DNA of 64,000 nucleotides from Paramoeba atlantica (GCA_977017575.1 CDRNVI010000060.1:248001-312000); one strand, 5' to 3'; numbered from the stretch's first letter, positions 33,366 through 45,453 are shown. The notes: generated from the sequence alone by a model not told the origin. A program made the numbers and translations.

Positions 33366-35933
33366 TTAATTTGGTTTACGACATATATTTTTTCGTAATC
33401 GCTTCGGTAAGGAATCCAATGGAACATGTAACAGAAGTTCCTCGTCTATGCGAACAACTCTTAGTTTCTCGGGTAAGTACCTTCCACAAAGAAATTCTTG
33501 AAACTTATTTTGTCGGATGTCCAGAACTTGCAAAGTCTCTGAAAGTACTCTCAGGTCGACGAGGCCCTGAATTTGATTATGCGAGCACAATAGCTGTCGA
33601 ATTTTGGGCGAGAGACTTGTAAAGTCTATTTCTCCGTAGAAGGTATTATCATTTAGGGCAATTTTCCATATGTTCGAGCGCGCGGAAAACAAATCATTCA
33701 CTCTGCCCGTAAGTTGATTGTGTAAAACATCCAGCGTAAGCAGTGTTGAGGGAATAAACTCCCAAGTCATGTTTCCTTTTAGTGAAAGCGATTCAAATCG
33801 CAGCTCAGATATATTTTGCATGGGATCACACTTTACCCCGTGCCACAGGCAAGGCGAGTTTGAGGCTCTCCATGAAACATGAGGGTTTCTGATATGACGA
33901 ACGAAACTGTACAGTTTTTCGTCATCACGAACAAACGTTTTTATCTGATCACATCTTCTTGAAGTTGTTGCAGTACGTCGAGCGATTCTTAGATCTGCCC
34001 TCTTTTCATCTGTGACCAGTGTCAGATTTTCCATTGAAACGAGTAAAAAGTGGGGTAACTGCAAATTTGGGTCCAACAAAAGTGGGTTTCCACGAAGGTT
34101 CGCAATTTGAAGACTTTTGGGAAAAGCACACCCTTCCTTAGGTATCACGATTGTATTAAGTAAATTACTTTGTATTCGGAGCATTTCCATCGAAGGGGGC
34201 AGTAAGGACAGCGACACTCCTCCAGAAAAGTCGTTGGATGAGAGGTCAAGGACCTGAAGCCCAGTAGGAAGTGACGTTAAATCTATGTGGCCCATGAATA
34301 AGTTCTTACGGAGCAGCAGTGTGTGTAGAAAACTGGGCAGTGCTTCCCACATTATCTGACCTCCAAGCCTATTCTCGCTTAAATCTAACACACGGAGGTC
34401 TCGAGGGATGTAGCGCCACGTAAGGTTGCCGAACAAACCAAACCGGGACCAGCGCAAAACGACAACTTGTTGCCACGCGTCACATATCACAGGCCACCAT
34501 TGTATACACACGGCTTTCCCTGTCAGCCAACTCGGGTGTTGCCCCGCAACATTGTGAATAAAACGAGGCAGAAGAACATCTTGGGACTCAAGCGCATCTA
34601 GCATTAGGTAAAATTGAGGGCTGATTTTAACCTCAGCAGGCGCTGTCTTTTGCCACCCATACCGTACGTTGCATTTAAAAGAATCACGCACCTCAGGACT
34701 GATATTTGGGAGGTAATTTTCATGTAGCGAAATCTTAAATCCGATCGGCAACCCATCAAGTCCTTCAACTGATGTGAACTGATTATGATCGGCCACAAGA
34801 GAACACAACTTTGGCGGAAGCCTGCTAAGATTCAAATGTCCTATAAACTCATTGTACGATATATCTAAGGAATTAAGGGAATGCGGTAGATGGATAAGCG
34901 ATACTTCACCAGACAGTTTGTTCTCTTTCGCGCATAGTCTCGTCAGCCGACGGGGAAGGTGCTCCGTATCAGTCTCGCCTCGAATTTGGTTCCGTGATAT
35001 GTCAAAGCGCAGCAAATTTGTAGGCAGTTCTCGCCATGTCAAATTCCCGCTTAGGTCCTCATCCTGCAAAGTTAACGCTATCACTTCGCCCTGGGCATTA
35101 CATTGCATGCCGTGCCACAAACAAACATTTTCAGATGATTTCCATGTATGATGACGCGGATATAAATTTTGGACAAGGAGTGACAAACTACGATACTGTT
35201 CATCGTATTTAGAGAGGCTCATGTTAATATTTTTGTCCTGTGCCTCGCAATAATTTTGTCGAAGGATGGTTTTCTGAGGTTCCACTAAAACAAACTCGGG
35301 CAACATGTCCAACAACTCTTCGCGTAGCGTAAACTCATTCCACTGCAGGGAAATCAGGATTAACCCAATAGGATAACTATTGTCACGTGCTAGCTCCAAT
35401 TTCGTAAAGGAATTGTAGCGTAGCACTAAGCGCTGCATATCCCGCGGCAACCCGGTTAGATCGACAGAACCGTCAAGTCGATTTCGTGACAAGTAGAGGC
35501 TCTGTAATTTGCTGGGCAACGAACTCAGCTGAACGTGACCTACAAAGTGGTTCCGATCAGCCCAGAGTGTCCAGAGTTTGCGAGGCAAGTAGCTGAGATC
35601 AACTTCCCCTGCGAGCCGGTTTCTATGTACATCCATAAAGCACAATTCCGAGGGAAGATATAGCCAGGATAGGTTACCGCTCAGGCCCTTTAGTTTCCAC
35701 ACAATTTTGTACACGTAGGGGGCGTGCAATCCCTTTTCACAGTACACACCACTCCATCTATCAATGGGCGTGTCGGAATTCCAAGTTTCATCAGGATTCT
35801 CGATGTTACGCACAAGCAGTTCCATCTTCATCTCATCCGGAAGAATCGATGCAGAAGACTTCGCCCCTTTCCGAACTCTGTTTCCTGGATCAGAGCAGGT
35901 GACGCGTGGCACTGAATTCATACCATTGGGCAT
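33366..35933 (-). CDS. Large LRR protein made of four tandem cap-plus-LRR modules
   Basis: Four caps (NPDETW..DRWSGVYC; PRHHTW..CLWHGMQC; QHPSW..CIQWWPVIC; NPHVSW..CLWHGVKC), each followed by LRRs; first ATG at 35933. Confidence 0.92.
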   Translation of the reverse strand: MPNGMNSVPRVTCSDPGNRVRKGAKSSASILPDEMKMELLVRNIENPDETWNSDTPIDRWSGVYCEKGLHAPYVYKIVWKLKGLSGNLSWLYLPSELCFMDVHRNRLAGEVDLSYLPRKLWTLWADRNHFVGHVQLSSLPSKLQSLYLSRNRLDGSVDLTGLPRDMQRLVLRYNSFTKLELARDNSYPIGLILISLQWNEFTLREELLDMLPEFVLVEPQKTILRQNYCEAQDKNINMSLSKYDEQYRSLSLLVQNLYPRHHTWKSSENVCLWHGMQCNAQGEVIALTLQDEDLSGNLTWRELPTNLLRFDISRNQIRGETDTEHLPRRLTRLCAKENKLSGEVSLIHLPHSLNSLDISYNEFIGHLNLSRLPPKLCSLVADHNQFTSVEGLDGLPIGFKISLHENYLPNISPEVRDSFKCNVRYGWQKTAPAEVKISPQFYLMLDALESQDVLLPRFIHNVAGQHPSWLTGKAVCIQWWPVICDAWQQVVVLRWSRFGLFGNLTWRYIPRDLRVLDLSENRLGGQIMWEALPSFLHTLLLRKNLFMGHIDLTSLPTGLQVLDLSSNDFSGGVSLSLLPPSMEMLRIQSNLLNTIVIPKEGCAFPKSLQIANLRGNPLLLDPNLQLPHFLLVSMENLTLVTDEKRADLRIARRTATTSRRCDQIKTFVRDDEKLYSFVRHIRNPHVSWRASNSPCLWHGVKCDPMQNISELRFESLSLKGNMTWEFIPSTLLTLDVLHNQLTGRVNDLFSARSNIWKIALNDNTFYGEIDFTSLSPKIRQLLCSHNQIQGLVDLRVLSETLQVLDIRQNKFQEFLCGRYLPEKLRVVRIDEELLLHVPLDSLPKRLRKNICRKPN

Positions 35934-36012
35934 GACATTCAATTAAACGTCGTAGCTGAAAATTGTTCTGTAGCAATTCTCTGAAAATTATTGAACCAGT
36001 CCAATCAATTTA

Positions 36013-37267
36013 CTGTCACCCCCCCTTTATACTTCCGCCGGTTTCGGTACTTTTGGAAGTATAAAGGGGGGAGTCTGACTTTCGGAAGTATAAAGGGGGG
36101 GGTCTAATTTTTTGAAAAATCCGCGAAAAACACATGAACGAGCGAAATGGGAAATTGAAAGCACGAATGGCCTTTATTTCAGCCTCAGAAGATGAGCAGA
36201 TGAAATACAAGTAACTAATTTTATTACTGTCACCCCCCCCTTTATACTTCCGCCGGTTTCGGTACTTTTGGAAGTATAAAGGGGGGGGTCTGACTTTCGG
36301 AAGTAAAAAGGGGGGGTCTGATTTTTTGAAAAATCCGCGAAGCAAATATTTTTGAAAAAGGGGCAGAAAAAAATGCGCCGCTTCGCAGCGCTGGTTTCCT
36401 ATTATTCTAGCTAAAAATCAATCATCTAATCTCCAAACATGCAGGGCATAATGTTTGCTTCCGTGTTCCTCTTGCACACAATCAACATACGCTGTATACT
36501 ACGCTGTAGTGAATACGTGTCGGGACGATCTACCATTAGAAGCTTCATGAGACAGTCTTTGAAACGAGGTACATTCGCCTTTGCTGCAGCAGGCGCATGT
36601 CCGCGCTGGCTGTCATCCCGCCCAGTTCGCTAAGGAGGAGTTCGTTAATTTTTTCGCATCTCGACATGTTTGTCCTTGTGCAAACCCCATCGCGCTTGCG
36701 ACTACGATAGATTTACTTTTTTCTGGAAAAATCCGACACCATTTTTCCGGATGGAGCGGATGGTTCGAGATCAGACGCTGTACTTCTCGCTGATTTGTGG
36801 AGCACTGCTACTCGAATGACACACATTCAACTTCTCCTACATTGTTGGGTTCTTTCCTCCCTGGGGTGAACCGACGGACACTGGTAATGTCGCAGGCTCC
36901 GCGCTTGAAACCATTATTTCGTTGGGAGGCCGAACGCGATGAAGAGGGGGATAAAGCTTAACCCACTGTGAGTATTCACATGGGAAAAAATACGGCAAAT
37001 AATTTAAATGTATATCTAGCAATATCTCTACACACATCTCTAACGTTTTAAAAAAAAATGTAGAAAATTGTTATTAAAAAAAAAAGCGCCGCTTCGGAAG
37101 TATAAAGTCGCTTGGGGACCGGAAGTATAAAGGGGGGTATCGGAAGTATAAAGTCGCTTGGGGACCGGAAGTATAAAGGGGGGTGCTGATTTTTCATCTG
37201 GATGAAAAAGGAAGTATAAAGAGGGGGGGTTGACCCCCCTGAAGTATAAAGGGGGGGGGGGTGACAG
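36013..37267. mobile_element. Non-autonomous pogo-like element, TIR ctgtcaccccccc-tttatacttc, left end duplicated
   Basis: TA-flanked TIRs at 36013 and 37267; second copy of the left ~110 bp at 36227; many gaagtataaaggggg boxes at both ends. Confidence 0.85.
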
Positions 37268-38165
37268 TATGTATATTGTGTTCACCTCTTATTACTGAAT
37301 CTGTCGCTTACGCGCCATAGGGAAATGATGTAATGACTCCCGATGAATAAATTTCTAAAAATTTATTGGGTATTTATGTAAGCTTCCTGATATTTAATGG
37401 AAAAGTCTCGTACAATTTCGGAAAGTTCAGCAATCCTAGCTCTGCCCATATTTTCACACATCCGCTGCAGTGTGTTTCATCCGAACTTGAAGGTACAAAA
37501 ATGGAGTTACTTCGTATGTATTCTGTATTCAATCGAGACAAATCCGAAGATAACCCGGTAGACACTACATGTACTAGCGGATTACAAATGCATGAAAGAA
37601 GAACAAGTAATAGGACAGGCTATAAAGCAAATAGATCAAACAATATCCAGACTGAAAGGAAAAGTTGGCCCACTTCGATTGGCTGTGTAGAAATCCCAAC
37701 GATTCGAAAATTCTTGTGCTCTTATGTCCAGTGGGTTTATAGCAAAGCGACCATGAATGTGTACTCCTCCTCTCATTAATTTCCATAAATATAAATTATA
37801 ACAAAAAAGAAAATTTATATTTATAGAAATTAATGAGAATGGTTAGGCAAAAAGTCCTGATTAATGATCTTGCCTGATGGAAAAACGATATTTTTCTGCG
37901 ATAAGCTATCGCGGAACGTGAGATCCAAGGCCCTTGTCGGAAGTGAGGGTCAAATCTTTCTGCGGTGTTCTCCCCTCTATCCTAGCTTTTCCTGTTTTTT
38001 TCTTCAAAAATATAATTTTTTGAAAATCTATTTTTTTTTTTGAAAAATTAGGAATGGCATTTATAGAAATTAATGAGAAGAGGAGTATGCAGTCTTTTCG
38101 GTATCCGCAATAATAAGGAGTACATTCCCACAAACCCCACCTACTTTGTGTGCTGCACAACGACG

Positions 38166-39110
38166 CTACTTTTTCAACACCTTTTTCCTGGGAGAAGCGT
38201 CTTCGAGTAGAGGTAACCCCAGTCTTTCTCGCACAAAATTAGACAAGGAAAAATACGAGAACCCGCCTTCATGCCAGTAATGTGATTTAATCCTATACCC
38301 TGTCTTGTCTTGTTCCCTCGATACGATCTCTATTTCCACAAAACCAACCACGGGGTAACGCGGAATCGTCACCTTATCCGAGACCCATTCCGCGACCTCA
38401 CTCCCTTTCCTCACCCACACAAACTGCACCTTTTTCTCCCCCCAGCTCGGGTCACACCCCAGCACACTAAACAACGCCCCTACCTTTTCTTTCTCCGTAA
38501 AAAGAATCACGATGTTAAGGTTTCGTACCCCCCCATCATCGTCTTTTTCTCCTTTTCCCTGTTTCCGGTAACCCCCCCTCTTCCCTGCGTCCTCCCACAA
38601 CCCCTCCACCCTCCCCACCCCCCTCACACAGCTCGGCTCCACCATCCCCAGCATAAACGCGGCCATCTCGCGTGCCCCCCTCCCCCCCTCATACGGTCTC
38701 CACCCCTTGGTTTTGTTCATGCCGTGGACCACCAGCGTGGGGAACCCTTTCACCTTATACTTATGGGCGATAGGTTTGTGCTTGTCGGCATTGATCGCAG
38801 CCACTGCAATGACATCTCTTGTCTTTGTGGCTACGGCCTCGAGTGCGGGTCGGAGGGCGTGGCAGTGGGCACACCAGGGCGCGTGGAGGAGGAGGAGGAG
38901 GGGGCGGTGGGGGTGGGAGGCAAGGAGGAGGGCGTCGAGGGCAGCGGGGGTGGGGAGATCGGTGACGGCGCTGCCTGTGTTGGGGTTTTGTTTTGGATTT
39001 TTATGGGATGATGATGATGAGGAGGAGGAGGAGGGAAGAGCGGGAAGGGAAGGGGAGAGGAGGGGGGAGAGGAGGAGGAGGAGAAGGTAGGATGAGGTGG
39101 GAGGGTTCAT
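38166..39110 (-). CDS. Secretory thioredoxin-fold / protein disulfide isomerase-like protein
   Basis: Leu-rich signal peptide, HAPWCAHCHAL, AAINAD, YKVKGFPTL, YEGGRGA; second redox-inactive Trx-like domain; first ATG at 39110. Confidence 0.88.
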   Translation of the reverse strand: MNPPTSSYLLLLLLSPLLSPSLPALPSSSSSSSSSHKNPKQNPNTGSAVTDLPTPAALDALLLASHPHRPLLLLLHAPWCAHCHALRPALEAVATKTRDVIAVAAINADKHKPIAHKYKVKGFPTLVVHGMNKTKGWRPYEGGRGAREMAAFMLGMVEPSCVRGVGRVEGLWEDAGKRGGYRKQGKGEKDDDGGVRNLNIVILFTEKEKVGALFSVLGCDPSWGEKKVQFVWVRKGSEVAEWVSDKVTIPRYPVVGFVEIEIVSREQDKTGYRIKSHYWHEGGFSYFSLSNFVRERLGLPLLEDASPRKKVLKK

Positions 39111-39165
39111 GTAGGGTGGTGTCACGATCAATTTTTTTTGAAGTTAATAACTTTTTTTAGTAATA

Positions 39166-41733
39166 CTGCCCCCTCCGTTTAAGCGCACTGGTTCAGCCCC
39201 CCCATTTAAGCGCACATTACGAGATTTCCCGTATTTTTCAGTTTTTGACTATTTTTTCGTGCGCTGATTAACTTATTATGTATTTTATCTTTTATCGAAG
39301 CTTGCATCATAATCTTGATTATTTTAATCTCTACTTATCTTTACAATTTCTAGAATCGATTTTTCTGTTTCTTCTTTTAACAATGCCCACCTTTGATTCA
39401 TGGATAACCTTCCGGCGTCCATTGCCGAGGGTTGGTGAAGTCGTTGTACGAAGACAAATTGCATCCAACTTAGCAGAACCCTCGCCTCCAAGGGAAATCG
39501 CTGATTCGCCTGCGAAGAAAACTAGGGTTGAGGGCACGTTCGTTGAATGTTCACCGAACGGGCACTCAGTTCGTTGAACATTCAACGAACGGTTTTCGAA
39601 AAATTCCATTTTTCAAAAAGCGTTCGAAAACGAAACAATGTTTTTTTTAGAAAATAAGGCGCCGTGAGTTTTGGAAAGGGAAGGCACGCAAGAGCTTAGA
39701 CGTACAGAAACAGTATCTTTACGATTGGAAGGATTAGAGCTTTGCGAGTTTTAATGTTCAGAGCCCAAAACAATTTTTTTTATTTTTTTTGTTTTGTTTT
39801 TAGCCAGTCAGGTTGAGCCCTGTGTCCCAGCAAAATATGTAAAGCACTATACAAAAAAACAAAATTTATTGAATTATAAACTGTCGTCAGAATCTCCACT
39901 AACGTCGCTGTCGCTACACGAACTCTCGCTGACTTCCTCCCATTCAGGATTTTCAGCCCCGTAGTGTAGCAGGACGCAGTTCAAAAGATTCTGCATCCGA
40001 CATTGCCAAGCTTGGTCTCTACCCATGTGAGTAGCATCAAGCTTCACGCACTGAAGCGCAACATTCCGATGGAGTTGCAAAGGGGTGGCCCCGTAATTGT
40101 AATGTTGACGCTTAACCCAACCCTTTATGGTACCGTGGACGCCCTCCGCGTGGTTGGTATGATACCCTTGATAGGTCACGAACTCCTTACTGTGGTTCAC
40201 CGCGTAATGCCGGTAATACTCACCGAGGTTGACGTACCCTTTCCAGCAATCGCTGACCACAACAGTCCGCGCGCTGGCCAGATGCGGGAGAATGAAGGAA
40301 TGCAGAGTTTCCAGGTCACGACGCTTTACCACCTTCCAATGGGTAAGGTCCATTTTCCGACCCTCCTGCTCAGTTAGTGTTGCGAACCACCAACCCCGCT
40401 GACGTTGTCGACGACCTCGGTTTTATTTCCGCTTACCAATGAACGTCTCGTCCACTTGGATTCGCGAAAAAAGAGTGATCAAATTTGCGTCCTTGATCAA
40501 GCGCAGCCTCCCCGAGGTTATGCAAGATGTCCTCTACAACCTTTCTTCCGATACCACGGTTCCTGCAAATCTGTCCAGTGCATAAATGGTTAGCGATATC
40601 GGCCCACACCAAGAGAAGCATGCTCGGAGTCAGCAAAGTGCGCGTAGAAATATATGGAAGAAATCTGCTAACGTGCGCTCGGCAAGAATTCCGATCATCA
40701 GGTTCACGGTGCACACAAAGCCGCATCCGATCATTACCCGGGATGTCAACCATGAACTGGTTCCCATGATCTGGGCATTCGGGGAGGGCAAACAGACCAT
40801 GACACTTCATCCACTTCTCCGCATCATTCCCCCGAGGAATAGCGGCAACGCTTCGCCATAGCCTCACGCAGGCGTATCCCGGACACCCCCTACAAACCGG
40901 CCGAAGCTCATGATTTCGCCACGTACGGCGTGGTGTACCATTAGTTTCAACGAGGTCTGGCTGAGTCCCATCACGTTGATCATCACCCTGCCGATGATCC
41001 CGCCGTTGCGCAGTGTATTCGAAGGCCGCAAGAAACCGCGCAAACAACCTCTCGGCACCCTGAGAAAACAAATCCTCGTCCCCAGGATCCATAAAAGGTG
41101 AACGTAGAAAAAAAGCCTTAAGGAAGCAAGATAATTCATACTAATTATTGCCTCTGGTCAATCCTGCGGAAGTGGCAGACAGAGGTTCTCAGTGCGCGAC
41201 CCGCGCGCTGGAGCGCGAGGGTCGCAAAAAAATATAATTATGTCCCAGGGTTACGCCCACAGTTGGGCCTTGCTCGCAGACGTGGGCTTCGCTCACAGTT
41301 GGGCCTCTAGACAGGTAAACTAGGTGTCGCAGCCATTCCAGTCGGAGGGGAAAATATTTTTTGGGGAAATAAATTTTTTTTGTGGAAAAAATTGCACCCC
41401 CAGGGGGCACGTTCGTTGAATGTTCAACGAACGGGCACTCAGTTCGTTGAAGACTCAACGAACGGGCACTCAGTTCGTTGAACATTCAACGAACGTGCCC
41501 CCAAGCCGAAAACTATGCCTAACGGTTGCCAAACACATACGATCATAATGCAAGATCGCTTGGAGATTTGTCGCTCCCCTCTAAGTGTAAGTCAGCTATG
41601 CCGCAAATACGGAACAACAAGATGGACGATTATGAGGACGAAAAGCAAAGGTGAGGCTCACGTAAATCGGGGGGACGGGATAGAAAACGGGAACGTGGTT
41701 TTAACAGCGAGCGTCAGTTGTGAAAATGTCTAA
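39166..41733 (+). mobile_element. 5' part of a pogo-like element split by the Merlin insertion
   Basis: TA-ctgcccccctccgtttaagcgcac TIR; removing 39525-41515 gives ...SPAKKT-MPNGCQTHTIIMQDRLEICRSPLSVSQLCRKYGTTRWTI in one frame (HTH_psq-like); DDE part absent. Confidence 0.7.
39525..41507 (-). mobile_element. Full-length Merlin transposon copy c (1983 bp) with 8-bp TSD GAAAACTA
   Basis: TIR ggsttgrgggcacgttcgttgaatgttc; TSD at 39517-39524 and 41508-41515; transposase 41092-39874 with one frameshift in a T-run (~40465) and a TAA at ~40425; QVDETF, SDCW, HTNHAEG. Confidence 0.95.
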
Positions 41734-42342
41734 CATTTTCTATTCTGCTATTTACCCTATAAATTAAAGGTGCGTTCCGAGTTTCAACTACTGTGCTACT
41801 GCTGCTGTGCTACTACTACGTGCTTAGTTACTCGTGTAATTGATTTTTTGGGACACTGGGTTTTTTTCCGCTGCGCTACTAACCACAACCAGGAAGCTTT
41901 TTCCCCTACCTGTGAGCATTTATGACATTATTTAATGACACTGTATATTGAAAATGGAAGAAGTGTGTGAGGAACTATGGGCGAGATAAATATAGTTTAT
42001 TCTTCCCAACGGGAAAGCATGGTCGGGACCGTAATATAAAAAAAGGAAAATCGGGATAGAGGTGACGTAGAGCGTTGGAGTGGGAAAGGGGTAAAGAAAA
42101 AAATAAGATAGGTTTACGGGAGAAGGGGTGATTTTGGGATAAAAAAGGGGTAAGGCGTGAAGGTTGTGGGTGTGATCGTGATGTGCTTCTCTTTGTTTTG
42201 CGAGGGCAAAAGGATGCACATTTCTCTGTAAGCGAAAGCAGTAGGGGAATGGACTGTAAAGAACGTGGAGAACCCTGTAAATCGTATTAGGAGGAATCCG
42301 AATACCATAAGATGCAGCGAGGTATCGCACTTAGGTATTTTT

Positions 42343-45300
42343 TTACCCATCTTCCCACTTGAAAAAAGTACAGCGCGAGGGATCACTCATACGCCGCGCA
42401 CAGGCGTAGAATGCCCTCCCTGCCGTTCCGGTCTGCTTTGACACAAATCGTGTTGCAGGACGCTCGCACTCGCAACATACGTCCCGGGACTTTTTGCTTG
42501 TTTTTTTCTCTGATTTCGGCTTGGGCTTTGCTGCGGTTTCTTTTCTTGCCCTTTTTGGTCTCCGTGTACTGATTTCCGTTGTCGTCGTAGGAGAGGATCC
42601 GTGTTCACCCGACGTAAAGTTTTGTCCTCCAATTTCTGTATTTCTGCCCTCGTAGTGGTTTATTCGAGCATCGGTGTGAGATGCTCTCGAATTTTCTCTC
42701 CCCATGCTGTTTATAGTGGGCGTCTGGGGTGCAGCACGAGAAATAGTATGGAATCCTTCGCGCGCTACCTCTTGCCCCGTGTTGGTTTGGTTTCCATTTA
42801 TCCCATGTCTTTGTACCTTTCCTCTACGTTGAAAACTCAAATATGGCGCTATCTCAGGGGTACACCACAGGCAGAGCTCCACGACGGGTTCCAGCCCCAT
42901 CGGGGGACGGCCCCCGTGTTGAACAAAATCAACACGAACGTGTTGAGATTGCTGACATCGACGACAGCGCACGGCAGGCTCAATGACTGAGATTTCCCAT
43001 CCCTGCGGTAACATCACAAAATACGCACACTGGGAGCATCGAAGCGTTGGGGTCGAGAGTGTATTTTGGCTCCCTTGATTTGGAGGAGACGCCGAGAGTG
43101 TAACCTTTCCTCCCTCACAGTACTCACAAGAACGAACTACGCTCGGGGCTCGTGGGGCTAGCGCACATTTCGTAGCTGCTGGACATTGAAAACAGCGCAT
43201 CGTGTCGGCATGGGGGGAACTATTGAGAAACTCATCCGGGGGATTGGCAAAACAGTACATGCAGAGATAATGCGAAGTATTCTTCTCCGTGTTGGTGACT
43301 TGTATTACGGGAAACTGGCATAAGGGACAAATGTGATTCGAGGGTCGAAAAAGGCCATGCGGCGGGAGAGGAAGACGGAGTGCACAAGTTTTGCACCATC
43401 CCACACGCTCGACGCGCGGTTCCCGGGTCTCAAAAATGACAACTGGGGTGCGCTGGCAGGAGCCACACAGCCCAAGCGTCAGAAGCTCCCGCATCCCGGT
43501 TACTGTTTTCGAGGGAAAGTAATGCGAAATCGAACGGACTAAAATATTCGCATGAGATTGGACGTATAAAAAGATTTCCTTGTATTGTGCCACGGCGGCT
43601 TGAATTACCTCGGTCTTGGATTTACGTCCAGCGGCGATGAGCGCAAGATCGGCTTCCATGTTCGAACGGATGTACGGTAACAGAAGGTCGTTTAACTCCA
43701 GCGAGGTGTACGCGTTCGTTAGCGCCAGACCCAGCTGGGTGGGCACAAAGAGCCCCGTAGGTTCGCGATTCACATAGTTCCGATCTTGTATGGTCTGGAT
43801 ATGAGTCGCAATCGTGGCGTCGGTGCCAATCCCATGGGCGTCCATAAGGGAAATCAAGTCCACTTCGGAGAGTAAATTTGGTGGGGTCGTTTTTCCGGCT
43901 ACGACTTCAAACCGGTCCGGTTTAAAACGGTCCCCCAGGGCTAATGGGGGAAGGGTACGGTCTTGCCATTTAGCGTACCGAAACACCTCCAGCCAGTGGG
44001 CTTCCTGGACGCAAAGCCCTCGTGCGGAGAATCTCTCCTCTCCGAGTTTCACATGAAGCAAAGTTTCGGCTCCAATCGCATCTGGACTGCATACGGCAAG
44101 AAAATGCCGTGCAATTAACTCGTAGAGTTTGTATTTCTCGTCGTTGGTGTCATCGCGAGCGAGGCTTTTTAAAGGATGAATCGGAGGGTGGGCTTTATCG
44201 TCATGGGACCCGGCTCGTGGGCGGGTGTAGGTGGATTGCAGCAGCCGCTGGGCATAGTCCCCCCATGGATTGCTGGATGGGGTTTGTACTTGGATAAAGT
44301 CACGAAGCTCCTCATTACTCGCGGAGAAAGAGTCTGTCTCAGTACGGGGGTAGGAAATAAACCCCTCCTGGTACAGGGACTCGGCGAGAGCCATGCAGCG
44401 AGTGGAGTTCATGTGCAGATGTCGTGAGGCGAGTTTTTGCAGCTCCACGGTGGCGAGCGGGACGGGACGGAGTTTGCGTGTGGTTTTTGGGTGAACTTGT
44501 GTTACTTCTGCGCTAACATGGGAGAGGAGGATCTCGATGTCTTCGGTAGAGGCATCCGATGTGAGCGTTCTTGCACTATCGCGACCTGGTTGTTCGGCAG
44601 AAGAATCCAAAACACTGAGCACATAAAATAAGTTCACAGCCATCTCATCAAAAAGAACACCTCTAGACCACCTAAATTCTACATTCTGGAACTCGAAAGC
44701 TATTTTCCAGAAAGCCTCCTCGACAAAAGATTCACGCTCGTGATGACGGTGAACAATGAATCCAAGAGTCGGGAACTGACACGGACCGTAGCTGACTAAA
44801 TCTGGCAGCCCTTCAAACCTCTCACGCAGCTTTAGCGTTTGAAACCGCGTAAAAGCGGCACCAATACGCAAATCAATCTCCGAACGTGCCTGGGCAGCAT
44901 CGGAAAGCCGTACGTCCGGCTCTACCAAGTGGTTCAGTGCATATACAATCTCCGTTTTACGTAAACTACTAAACTTAGTGCGTTTGATCCTTAGCCGGGG
45001 GTTCGCCCGGGTACAAACTTCCACTACCTCAAACGCAATATTCTCTCCCTCTCGATCACAATCCAGCCAGCACACCAGCACGGTGGCCTTTGTCGCGACC
45101 TGGGTTAAGTGCCTCGCGACGTCCTCAGCGTCTCGTTTCACACTTTTTTGTAGTGGTCGAGCAAACAGCTCAACAACAGGCAACTTTTTCCATCCTTGCG
45201 CCTTTGTGGCGGCATCAAAGTCAGTCTCCATCATGTGACCAGCAACGCTGGTAACGAGCATGTGGATTTTTTGATTTCTACGCCCCTCTTCGCGAGATCC

Positions 45301-45453
45301 ACTCGCAGAGGAGCCCGATAAAGAATAATCAAACTCTAGCAGCGGATTAAATCGCGCGCAGGTGCGGGAGCTTCGAAAATGGGACCCGGCGAGCAGGTGA
45401 GTGAGCTCCCGAGCAACGCTGGGTTTCTCTGCTACGTGTAGCCACGTCTCCAT
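42343..45453 (-). CDS. TOP3A: DNA topoisomerase III alpha
   Basis: TOPRIM VAEKPS and WLDCDREGE, DLRIGAAFTR, SYGPCQFPTLG, catalytic ISYPRTET, GIGTDAT, Cys4 zinc ribbons and a C-terminal GRF zinc finger (GRAFYAC..CTFFKW). Confidence 0.96.
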   Translation of the reverse strand: METWLHVAEKPSVARELTHLLAGSHFRSSRTCARFNPLLEFDYSLSGSSASGSREEGRRNQKIHMLVTSVAGHMMETDFDAATKAQGWKKLPVVELFARPLQKSVKRDAEDVARHLTQVATKATVLVCWLDCDREGENIAFEVVEVCTRANPRLRIKRTKFSSLRKTEIVYALNHLVEPDVRLSDAAQARSEIDLRIGAAFTRFQTLKLRERFEGLPDLVSYGPCQFPTLGFIVHRHHERESFVEEAFWKIAFEFQNVEFRWSRGVLFDEMAVNLFYVLSVLDSSAEQPGRDSARTLTSDASTEDIEILLSHVSAEVTQVHPKTTRKLRPVPLATVELQKLASRHLHMNSTRCMALAESLYQEGFISYPRTETDSFSASNEELRDFIQVQTPSSNPWGDYAQRLLQSTYTRPRAGSHDDKAHPPIHPLKSLARDDTNDEKYKLYELIARHFLAVCSPDAIGAETLLHVKLGEERFSARGLCVQEAHWLEVFRYAKWQDRTLPPLALGDRFKPDRFEVVAGKTTPPNLLSEVDLISLMDAHGIGTDATIATHIQTIQDRNYVNREPTGLFVPTQLGLALTNAYTSLELNDLLLPYIRSNMEADLALIAAGRKSKTEVIQAAVAQYKEIFLYVQSHANILVRSISHYFPSKTVTGMRELLTLGLCGSCQRTPVVIFETREPRVERVGWCKTCALRLPLPPHGLFRPSNHICPLCQFPVIQVTNTEKNTSHYLCMYCFANPPDEFLNSSPHADTMRCFQCPAATKCALAPRAPSVVRSCEYCEGGKVTLSASPPNQGSQNTLSTPTLRCSQCAYFVMLPQGWEISVIEPAVRCRRCQQSQHVRVDFVQHGGRPPMGLEPVVELCLWCTPEIAPYLSFQRRGKVQRHGINGNQTNTGQEVAREGFHTISRAAPQTPTINSMGRENSRASHTDARINHYEGRNTEIGGQNFTSGEHGSSPTTTTEISTRRPKRARKETAAKPKPKSEKKTSKKSRDVCCECERPATRFVSKQTGTAGRAFYACARRMSDPSRCTFFKWEDG

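Noticed and set aside
41403-41502. Palindromic repeats with spacers resembling a CRISPR array
   Set aside because: The spacers are identical 9-mers, there are no cas genes, and the array lies inside a Merlin TIR.
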